Source of the DNA: Amphiscolops sp. MND2022
Taxonomy: Eukaryota
Assembly: GCA_964187785.1 (NCBI GenBank)
Contig: OZ076409.1
Span: 98,024,001 to 98,088,000 of the forward strand
DNA length: 64,000 nucleotides
Direction of reading: 5' to 3'
Below are positions 51,846-62,437 of this stretch, piece after piece. Numbering within the stretch: the first letter of the stretch is position 1; the number at the start of each line of letters is the position of its first letter. The translations under genes and the position numbers were made by a program. A model generated the notes under the pieces. That model was given only the letters and a program-made list of their open reading frames with translations, was not told where the DNA came from and did not search any database.

Positions 51846-52909
51846 ACAAAACTTCATACCAAAACTTCTTAATTGTGATATATCAGTAGATGAACGAAAT
51901 TTATTTTCGCTCCCAGTCCGCAACGCTTGTCTTGGCATAAACAACCCAATAATAGAAGCCCCATATTCTTGGGCAACATCGAAACTAGCAACATCCCACA
52001 TTCAGAATTCGATTCGGGGAAATTGCACATTTAATAAACTGGAACATGGCTTCACCGTCAGAGAGGCCAGAAAACTGCATAGTGAGACAGTTAAAGTTAG
52101 AAACATCAGCATCTTAAATCAAATACTCGAAACAAGCAGTGAAAGAAAAGTGAAGGCTCTGAAAAGGTCAGCCGAGAATAAGAACTCTGCTTGGTTGACA
52201 GCTAAAATTTCGTCAAAAGACCACTTTTCACTCAGCGCAAGAATTTCGTGACGCAGTCTGCTTGCGTTATTCGAAGCCAATAAGTAATCTTCCAGGAAAT
52301 TGCGACGGCTGCGGACGTGAATTCTCAATTCAGCATGCATTGGAATGCAAAAAAGGAGGCCTTATTACATTACGCCATAATGAAATTCGGGATACTGTTG
52401 GTGATCTAGCTTCACTTTATTGGAAGGACATCAGAAGGGAACCGATAATACGCGAAGGTGTTCCAAATAACCAAACAACTGCTCTGTATGCAGATCTTCT
52501 GGTAAGAGGAGTGTGGAACCCACAAGAGTCAGTGGCGTTTGATGTACGTGTCACCGACACTGACGCTGAATCTTATTCGGGGAGAAGCACGGAATCGATA
52601 CTGAGAAGTGCAGAACAAGAGAAGAAACAGAAATACCAAGATGACTGTCAAGAACGCCATACATCCTTTACCACACTGGTCATATCAGTAGATGGTGTAC
52701 TAGGTGCGGAATTCAATCAGTTTTTGAAGCGTCTGGGCGAAGGACTCAGTTTAAAATGGGAGCGAAAATACTCTCAAGTTATGTCATGGATACGTGCCAG
52801 GATCTCATTTGCGACACTCAGGGTGACAAGCGTTTGTCTCCGTGCTACAAGAACAAAATGGAGATGCCTGGAAATTGAAGATGGTGCATCCTTTGCACGA
52901 AAGAATTGA
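51846..52909 (+). pseudogene. 3' part of a CRE-like non-LTR retrotransposon ORF (post-RT region, CCHC knuckle, restriction-like endonuclease), frameshifted
   Basis: LPVRNACLGI..P, AWL, EFRDAVCLRY, CDGC...HALEC, RHNEIRD, ADLLVRG...FDVRV, EQEKKQKY. Frameshift near 52240. Confidence 0.85.
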
Positions 52910-53049
52910 TCTTTATTTTAGACAAGTTTTCTTACATAACAGATGCTAAAACATTGATTGTGGATCCATTTCTGCCATAGGCAATTTTCTAAATTATTGC
53001 GCTTTGACCCTAGAGCCATTTCATCCTTCGACGTCTGGATTTTCTCAAA

Positions 53050-53308
53050 GCACATTACATACAAATTGTCAGTTTCTTTCTCTATTGATAGATGCTCTTT
53101 TGGAATTTTTGGACGTGTTCAAACTGCGAAGTTTGCTATGTTGGGCAAACCGTCCGACAACTCACGAGACTCAAGGAACATCACCAACCGTCTTCAACAG
53201 TGGGTCAACATATTCAGCAATGTGGGGAAAACGCCAGAATTTCATCGCGCATTATCGACGGCACGAGTGACTGCGATACTCTCATGACTCTGGAGGCGCT
53301 GTATATCG
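53050..53308 (+). pseudogene. Penelope-like element GIY-YIG endonuclease fragment
   Basis: ITYKL / TCSNCEVCYVGQTVRQL-TRLKEH...VGQHIQQC...LMTLEALYI; interrupted and truncated. Confidence 0.8.
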
Positions 53309-53994
53309 ATCGAGGGACTTTTTATCGTTATCACAAGCCCCGAGAGGGGTTGGAATCATTTCAACATCGGGTTTAGCTAGAAAACTATTGCCACTCGCTG
53401 GCATCAAGGATTGCTTTGTCACTAATTGCTACGACAAACTTACCTCAGTGACAGCAATTGCTAAGGCCTTTTCTGAATTAAGCCGATCTTCGCGCTAATA
53501 ATTTAGTCTTGTGGAACCAAAATTGTTTTCATACCTGAAGTCACGAGTTGACTCGCCCCAATTTTCGAAATTTCCGATAGTCAAAAGGTTAGAAGTGTTT
53601 AACCCCTTAATTATTTCTGTCTTTTAACCACGAGTTGATTCGGCCCCAATTTTCAAATTTTGAGATAGTGAAAAGGTGAGAAGTTTTTCTCAAACCTCCT
53701 AGTTTTTTCTGTCTATTAACCCCTCACTTGTTTTCATGTTTTTTTTTCAGCTGGCAGATCACCATTATGGTGTGTTTGACTAGTATTGATTGTTGTCGAC
53801 ATCCGGCGAAGAGTCTCGCTTACGACGTCTTAGTACCAGGTGGACCCACTGCGGCAATGTCAAAACATTCATTACTAGTCAAACTATCCCCTTAAATTAT
53901 TCGATCCTTTCTCGTTCTTGTTCTTTCCATAAACGAAAAATTCGTTGGTCAATGTCGGATTTCGTTCCACGATAAAACGAGTGACTGTATAACC

Positions 53995-55975
53995 AAATTA
54001 TAGTGCATATATCCTGTATTTGCTTGTGTATACTCAATCTTATACATTTTCGGACTACAGGATGGTACTGTATAAAGAAAGATAGAATGCATATATCCCA
54101 TATATGTCCATGTATATCAAATCTTGGATAGTTTTGACATGTAGTACGGTACTGTATACTGGAAGATAGACTACATATACCCTTTATATGCTTGTGTATA
54201 TCCAATCTTAGACAATTTTGGCATGTGGTATGGTACTGTATAATGAAAGATAGAATGCATATATCCCATATATGTCCATGTATATGAAATCTTAGACTAT
54301 TTTGGCCTACAGTATGCTTCTGTATAGTGAAAGATGGACTGCATATATCCTATATATGTCCATGTATATCAAATCTTAGACGGTTTTGGCCTACAGATTG
54401 CTACTATATATTAAAAGATAGACTGCATATACCATGTATATGCTTGTGTATTTCCAATCTTAGACTATTTTGGGCTACAATATGCTACCGTGTAATGAAA
54501 GATAGACAGCATATACCCCATATATGCTTGTGTATATCAACTCTAAGACTATTTTGGCCTACGGTATGCTTCTGTATAGTGAAAGATAGACTGCATATAT
54601 CCTATATATGTCCATGTATATCAAATCTTAGACGGTTTTGGCCTATAGTATGCTTCTGTATATTGAAAGATAGACTGTATATACCCCATATATGATTGTG
54701 TATATCAACTCTTAGACTATTTTGGCCTACGGTATGCTTCTATATAATGAAAGATAGACTGCATATATCCCATATATGCTTGTGTATATCAAATCTCAGA
54801 CTATTTTGGCCTACAGTATGCTTCTGTATTTTGAAAGATAGACTGCATATATCCAATATATGCTTGTGTATATCAAATCATAGACTATTTTAGCCTACAG
54901 TCTGCTTCTGTATATTGAAAGATAGGCTACATATACCACGTGTATGCTTGTGTATAACAAATCTTGGATAGTTTTGACATGTAGTACGGTACTGTATACT
55001 GAAAGATAGACTGCCTATACCCTCTATATGTTTGTGTATATCAAATCTTAGACTATTTTGGCATGTAGTATGGCACTCTATACTGAAAGATAGACTGCAT
55101 ATACTTTGAATATGCTTGTGTATATCAAATCTTAGATAGTTTTGGGCTACAGTATGCTTCTGTATATTGAAAGATAGACTGCATATATCCCATATATGCT
55201 TGTGTATATCAAATCTTAGACTATTTTAGCCTACAGTCTGCTTCTGTATATTGAAAGATAGGCTACATATACCACGTGTATGCTTGTGTATATCAAATCT
55301 TGGATAGTTTTGACATGTAGTACGGTACTGTATACTGAAAGATAGACTGCATATACCCTGTATATGTTTGTGTATATCAAATCTTAGACTATTTTGGCAT
55401 GTAGTATGGTACTCTATACTGAAAGATAGACTGCATATACTTTGAATATGCTTGTGTATATCAAATCTTAGATAGTTTTGGGCTACAGTATGCTTCTGTA
55501 TATTGAAAGATAGACTACATATACCACGTGTATGCTTGTGTATATCAAATCTTAGGTAGTTTTGGCATGTAGTATGCTAGTGTATGTTGAAAGATAGACT
55601 ATATATACCACGTATATGCTTGTGTACATCCAATCTTAGATAGTTTTGGGCTACAGTATGCTACTGTATAAAGAAAGATAGACTGCATATATCCCCTATA
55701 TGCTTGTGTATATCAAATCTTAGGTAGTTCTGGGATACAGTATGCTACTATATATTGAAAGATAGACTGCATATATCCCATATATGCTTGTGGATATAAA
55801 ATCTTACACTATTTTAGCCTACAGTATGCTTCTGTGTAACGGAAGATAAACTGCATATACTCTGTATATACTTACTTGTTTTCATCTTAGACGGTTTTGG
55901 CATACGGTGTGCTACTATATAATGAAAGATAGACTGTTCAAATCATATGTATGTTTATGTATGATCTTTATCAGA
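53995..55975. repeat. 84-bp tandem array (~23 units) immediately 3' of the pPolB gene
   Basis: Consensus TGAAAGATAGACTGCATATATCCCATATATGCTTGTGTATATCAAATCTTAGACTATTTTGGCCTACAGTATGCTTCTGTATAT; anchors at 54077, 54161 and 54245 are 84 apart. Confidence 0.95.
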
Positions 55976-56166
55976 TGTTTTTGGTGTACTGTTCAGTTAG
56001 ATTTTCTCACTTTTCAATCCTATTCGCAGTTGCTCAGCCTATGAAAAGAAAGCAAAAACTGATTTCTTGCAAAACTTTTGAAGCCACTAAAAGTATAATA
56101 TAGCAAACAATACAAAGGTACTTGAGCATTCATGAACAATGAGTTAGATGAATAAGTATCAAGTTT

Positions 56167-59100
56167 CTATTCGCTGTCACTCTCCGAATCACAGATTCTG
56201 GCCCTTTTTCTTCTCTTTTTTGGTTCCTCGTCGCTTCCAAAGTCCACATATCGTTCGATATCAGACAACAAGTTTCTCTCATCCTCTGTATACTGCGCAA
56301 TCACTTGAAAATCACTTGAATGGCTGCTTTGGGTGTCTGGTGACCCCCTTCTTTTATCGTTATCGCAAGATAGAATGAAGCTTTCTAGATCAACATCTTC
56401 CGCTTCGTCATCTATGAAAGGGTTTCGTGATGCAAGTGACTGCTCGTCATCAGACTGATCCAAGTCTGCTAAATAGTCGTTGAGTTCTTCTTCCGAATAG
56501 CTTCTCTGATGCAATCCAGGATCCGGTGGTGACCAGTCTAGCATCTGATCGTACGTGTTATCAAACACGTTGGGAGTGCCAGAGCGTTGCTCGTTACTTT
56601 CTTGATCATTGATTGGCAACCACCCCAATGATTGAAATTCGCTCCACGTGGGACTGGGAGGCGTTGAATCTTCTCCCCAATCATCATCATCCAGAATGTC
56701 TTGGAGAATAGCCTTATCTCTGATTGCATAATGCCCAAGTGGCAAACAGGTAATACCATCTTCTTTAATATATCGCTTGTCATCAAAGCAACTCAGAGAT
56801 ACCTTATTGGTCCTGATCGTCTGCAGTTGGTGATTCACTGAGCCAATTCGAGTGTTGAGCGTTTTGAATGACTGACCTGTCAACAGAACCTGACGGTATA
56901 GCTCATGCTTGAGTTTTCGTTGAGCGGATTGAGTGACTCCTTTGGCTGAGAATTTTTGTTTGCCACCTGCGAGGATAGAATACATTTTGGGCTTCAACCC
57001 GATAAACTCTCGGATAGGAACTCCGGCAAACTCATCTTTGGACTTCAGTGTCACTAGTTTTTGCGAATTGTTGTACAAACTATGGGTATCAGGGTAGTTG
57101 GACAAATCAAAGTGATATCTTAGCTGCTCGCTCATCTGCAGTTCTTTGTAGAAGTCTTTTCCTTTTATTTCATATAGCAGCGAATCAGTGTCTGAGTAGA
57201 TTAGGTGGCAATCAAAATTCTTTTTCATTACATTGTAATGAAAGTTATACATGTGGTACTTTGCCAAATCAAGGATGGTAGCTCCCACTATAGTTGGTTT
57301 ATTCCATAGGATAGTTCGTTTCCTGGTTATCATTGCTGCCAGATTTTCGTCGTAGATTTTGAAGTCTTGGAATAAGTGGTTGGCTGTTACTTTTCTCACT
57401 TTCTCTTCAGAACCAACAACAGTTAAGTTAACTCTTTTCCGTTTGCTTTCTAGAGTCTTTCCGTAGCAGCTGTTATTCATGAGCTTGTAGAAACTTTCTT
57501 CAAATTTGTTTTTGGATTCTTGACGCTTCAATGTATTTAGCTGAATGTATGGCTTCAACCAGGTTGCCTGATGAAATTGTAGTACTCTATGAACTTTTGT
57601 GACTTTCAGTCAGAGACTGACATACAACTTGAGCGTGATATAGTGCACTGTATAGTTAGTCTTGTCAGACAGTGTCTGGATCAATTTCTTTGTTGTGCTG
57701 CGGAAATGTAATGAAGTATTGTTCTTCAAGATGTCCTGTTGCCAAGAGCTTAAATCATGGTACGAAATGATCTCCTTGGTTGGGGCCAGCGGAAAATCAC
57801 GGTGTGAATCATGAAGATTATCAGGATATTCTAGGTCGACTTCGAGGATGTAGCCAATTGATGAGTCGTTCGAAGTGTTCAGTATATGCTGCAAGTCAGT
57901 GTTTACCGTTACAAAGCTGTTCAATGGTAGCGGGAGTTTTTCCATTATTCCTCCGTAGAGGTTGTTAGCGTCTACCAGTAATCCGTAAGTTTCATCTTGA
58001 GTGGGATCATAGTTGTCAAGATATTTATTGTTACACTTCAGATAGCGCTTCTCGTAGACTGAAGATACTCCCCCACGTATCATGTTCTCAACCATCTCTA
58101 GGTGTTCTCGTTCGGTGATTAGACAAAGGTCTGCTCTGCAAGTTCGAAGGAAAGCATCACCTGACAAATGTGAGCTCGAGAAGTATTGTATATTGTCTAG
58201 TTTGTAAGTTTCATAGCAAACACTTCTAAATTCTTCCACCACGCATGCTAAAGGAAGTGTATCAGTTTTCAAATACAGGTCATGATAGTCCCCTAGGTTT
58301 TCACAGCCGAATGTTTTGAATACGAGGTTTGCGTGATTCCAATCATCGGCAGTTATGCTAACCTCTCCTTCTCTAAGAGAGTTACTCCAGTTATCAATTG
58401 GCGGTAATGCACTCTCTTGAAATCTTGCTTCATCATCGAAATAAGAGTAAGGATAAAATCCTTTTGCATGAAGTAACTGCTTCTTTTCTTCTGAGTAATC
58501 TCGAAAGTGATTGTCCAAGTAACTGAATTTATCTGGTGGAAGAAAGCTCACAAGTTTTTCAAGTGATGTGGTCATGAATCGAAACGAGTCGATAAACCTG
58601 AGACATTCGTAAACGGTTTTCTCCAACCCGTTCTTGTCTTTATAGGTGCGAACTGGTACACCTAGACAGACTGATATACTTTTCGCTCGTCTGTGGTACG
58701 ACATTGATTCTGCAGTCTTTGGCGAAGCGATGAAGTTCCTTGAATAAGTGATGTAAGTCATAGTTTGATAAGTTGTGTGCCACTACAGGAATGAAATTGA
58801 GCGTTTTGCGCTTTAGATTGCATTTATTGTGAGCAAGTCCCAGAAATTTTCCGCTGTAATGGCAGTGGTCCAGCACTTTGGCTTCTTCCCCAAAGGGTTT
58901 CTCACAAATCCAGCACTCGATTATTTCATCTGGGTCTATCGGTGCTTCTCCTGTGAAGTACCTATGGCTCTGTTTCCTCTGATAGAATTCTCGGGCAATG
59001 GTTTCCAGGGCTTTTACCAGCTTTTCTATACAATCTTCTGATCTTTCGAGTTGAATAAACAATGGTTCCTTTCTTTCGTGCTCTACCCCGACCAAACAAA

Positions 59101-60680
59101 ACCCACATGGCTTGTGCAGTTCTGTAGTCTCAGTATTTTGACTTTCTTGACAACATTGAGCCACTGGTTGGATTATTGATTCCAAATCGAAATATATTAC
59201 CACTGGTGCAAACCAACGTGCTTTGTAATTGCTGAATTTCACCTTGTTTTTGTTTTCACTGGGCATATGGATAATTGCGGGTTCATTGTAGAGACAACTT
59301 CTCAAGTGTCTCTCGTACACATCCGGTGTTGCTGAAATGTGGAAGCAATTGCGGCATAATATCTCCTTATAGTTGTTTGTTCGTTTTTTCACAGTGCAAA
59401 TCAAGACTTTGAGATTTGTTATCAGAACATAGTGATGCGTGAAGCCATCCTCCAACAGAAGTAAGTCAACGTCGAGAAGGTCACCCTTTCTACTTGACAC
59501 TCGAACAGGTACAATTGATTTGTCTTCGAATCTGTCAACATAACAAAACTTCACAGTACATGAAATGTTCATCGGTTTGAAAAAGTTTTCGCAACACCAT
59601 ATCAGTCCTTTTCCGTTTTAAAATCAAAGGAATGATAATCAATGTTACTTACTGAAAAATGTTGATTCTGCACCTGTTGATTTCTTCAAATCGTGGAATT
59701 TGTCCAAGACCCATGGGCATGTCAAATTCACCTCTTGGTTGATGAGCAACAGGGTTAGCATTCGAGTATGTTCTGGGATCGGTTCTCTTGATGCGTGGGT
59801 GTTGCCCGGGTGGGGTGAGTGCTGGTCCATACTTTCGATGCCACGCTGCAGTGAAACAGTACATAAAACAATTGTGGTCTTCATGGTTGCGTATATTCAA
59901 TAATGAGTTGCTGCTTTGTAGTTGGTGGGGTAGCGCTATGTATGATGAACCCGTCATGGGTGTGAAAAGAGCAACTCTAATCTCCAGCTGGACTATTTTA
60001 ACAACCATCCAACCGCTTCCTGAAGCTGTGGTGTATAAAATACCCAACTTTTTCTCCAACATTTCCAGGTACTCTTCATCTTTCAGACCCTCCTTGTAAA
60101 CTGGTTGTGTGTTGGACCTTACGAAGATTATCAATCCGTCGTCATCAGGAATTGGTTTTTCTAGTTGCACTGTTGCACAAAACTGTACTTTTTGAGAATG
60201 ACGAACAGTGTTTTGGATCAAAATGTTGTTTATTTCTTCCTTTTTGTCCATCATGAATTCGAACAGATCTTCTTCTTCGGTACCCATCATAGTATACACT
60301 TTGAGTGAACCATTAATAGCTCTAGTCGTAGGTTGTTTATCACCATCTTTTAGTGCGGTGATAGGGCGAGGTAAACCATGCATTTCTTCCTGATGACTAT
60401 AGAGAGACTCAGTGTCTTCAAAGGCTGTAACGCAATAACAACAAATTCTATGGATGTATTGATTATGCACTTTTTTGAAATGTAAAGACAATTGCAGAAT
60501 GAATTTCGTTTTGAAGGAACACAAAGAGCACTGTTTCACTGATTTATGTCCCACGTAATCGTGAATTTCTCGAGTGTGGCGATTCACATTTTGTCGGCAA
60601 GAGAATGTTTTATCACATTGAGGGCAAGCAACTCTGTTTTTTCGAAGTACCCTGATGAATTTGTGATCGAAGGTGGCTAT
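56167..60680 (-). pseudogene. Protein-primed family B DNA polymerase (pPolB) with N-terminal C2H2 fingers, EndoVII-like insert and one intron; disrupted
   Basis: ExoI YFDLES, EndoVII-like CWIC..DHCH.SG..AHNKCN, ExoII HNLSNYD, RFIDSFRFM, motif A DANNLYG, motif B KLMNNSCYGK, motif C YSDTDS, KPKMY. Intron 59652-59532; frameshift ~58665; in-frame TGA at 57612-57610. Confidence 0.93.
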
Positions 60681-61252
60681 TTAAAGCAAGTCGATTGACA
60701 AACTTTCTATCACAAGTTTCACAAATTAGCATTCTGACAACTACTCGCTGAACAATTTTTCAAGTAATGATCAATTTTACTGCTTAGTCTAGTTTTTCGA
60801 AGAAATTGAAAAAATTTCTGAAATTTAAAGGAAAAACATTCTCTGGGTGACTTTGCCGCTTCCTTTCTTTTGAAGTTTTATTGGCTGCGGACCTCCATTG
60901 TTTTCTCTCACTCTTGTCGCGCGCTTCTTAGATTTGTCATCTTCCGCTACTGAGAAAATGTGAAGTTGCACACTCTAGTTTTGATAGTACAGCGTCCCTT
61001 TTGTTTGTTTGATTCACCTCAGCTAACGCAAGTCGAGGTTGGGTGCTGAGAGAGAAGGACGCGCAGCCAGACAAGTCTTGAGAACTTTTGCATTTTTGAG
61101 CGTTCCAAAAATCAACAAGAAAACGATCACTTTTCATATTCCACTCTCCAGTTGATTACCTTCGCTTTGATTTTTCAAAATATTTAACAAATTTTCAAAA
61201 TATTTCAAATTTTCAACACCACTCTCTGTCTCTATCTCTCTCTCTCCTGAAC

Positions 61253-61748
61253 ATGACTTTTCTTGAAATAATTTACCAAGAGCCCTACTACGAGGAACTG
61301 CTCACCAGAGTAGTGTTTCACCCCGAAATAATCCCCATCCGCTCCTGTTTACGACCTGAGGACGACCTCCAGTCATGCTATGGCCCTGTGCAAGGTGTTG
61401 GGTTTTGCGACTATTTTGTTGTAATTCCCTGTTGTGCATGATGAAAATTATGTGGACATGTCGGGTTGCAAAAATTTGCCTCTCCCGAGACGCAGTGAGT
61501 TTTACAGACTACCTTCTTACAATTTCCCAGCTGGACGCCTCCGGTATCAAAACTATCCGCCCCGTTTCAACGCGTCCAACATTTGGGATTACGAGAATCT
61601 TTTTGCAGACACACGGTTACGATCGATTCTCAAGAAAGTCAGCAAATCAGCTCAGCCTAAGAAAGCAGTCCATTTCGCGTTGATGCAACAAAATCTTGCC
61701 GCCGATGATCGAAGAACTGAAACGTTCGTCAACTTTGATCCCCCCTGA
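61253..61748 (+). CDS. Orphan accessory ORF of the Polinton (two sub-ORFs joinable by a 1-nt indel or an intron), rich in short linear motifs
   Basis: ATG at 61253. ORFs 61253-61441 and 61434-61748 overlap; GC is higher than the flanks. Motifs IYQEP, YEEL, RVVF, YVDM, YQN, YENL, SILKK, KAVHF. Confidence 0.55.
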
Positions 61749-62002
61749 CTGCTGGAAAGCAAACTTTTGCTTCGACTCCGGGGAGTATTGGTTGAATTGT
61801 AATTTGTTGTAAATAGTTTCAATTCTACTTCACTGTTTGTAAATATTTATAATTTTTTCTTGTCATGTTCCTGACTGTTTTCTTTGCCTACATTCTCTTA
61901 GTTAAAATCTACAGTCTTTTGTTTTCTCTGAAAAGAATATGCAAAATATAAACTGTCAATTGAGAGTCCCAGCATTGTAGATCATACATTGATATTCAAG
62001 TA

Positions 62003-62437
62003 TCATATGATAAAATGATGTATAAATCGAAAAAGCTCCTTTTCACTTATGAATGGTATAGTAGGATAGTAGCCACTAAAAATGTAATGAGCAATATATA
62101 TACAGTAGAGTCCACATAAGTCCGATGATAGTTTCTGCAAGGGTTCCTTGATAAGTTCTCTCACCCCGAAATCTGCAAATGATAGCCTGTCACAAATATG
62201 CTTGTAGTAGTGAATAGGTAGCCCAAGTGGATCTGCAAAAACTAGGTCATCATCTTTTTTCCGGCCGAGTAGAACCCAATGAGTGCCTTTTTGATTTGCT
62301 TTGTCAGAGTTTACAATCAAGAATGATTGACAATCAATATAAAGGGGAAAGTTGTCTGCTGCATAGACACCTGCAAACTTGTACTTGAGATGTACGCATC
62401 TGTTGATTAGACGCCACAATTCTACCTCGGCAATCAT
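62003..62437 (-). CDS. Adenain-like cysteine maturation protease
   Basis: FAGVYAAD, IVNSD...GTHW, FADPLG, LQ...SDLCGLYC (His/Asp/Cys triad plus oxyanion Gln). The ATG overlaps the MCP stop (ATGA). Confidence 0.92.
   Translation of the reverse strand: MIAEVELWRLINRCVHLKYKFAGVYAADNFPLYIDCQSFLIVNSDKANQKGTHWVLLGRKKDDDLVFADPLGLPIHYYKHICDRLSFADFGVRELIKEPLQKLSSDLCGLYCIYIAHYIFSGYYPTIPFISEKELFRFIHHFII

Noticed and set aside
51415..52251. ORFs spanning the N run
   Set aside because: Artefacts of reading through the gap; the left piece shows no recognisable similarity to the SLC30A9 N-terminus.
53340..53990. Polinton left terminal inverted repeat
   Set aside because: No clear AG-rich terminus, and the partner end is outside the window, so no boundary can be supported.
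53897..54893. 28-aa Cys/His-rich repeat protein from the 84-bp array (KDRLHISHICLCISNLRLFWPTVCFCIL, or the antisense frame)
   Set aside because: The consensus is open in one frame on each strand, but individual units contain stops in both (e.g. TAG at 54352-54350 on minus, TGA at 54693 on plus); best treated as non-coding.
58640..58761. Second intron or programmed frameshift in pPolB
   Set aside because: No splice signals, extra sequence or slippery heptamer; a 2-nt deletion restores KYISLS-LGVPV.
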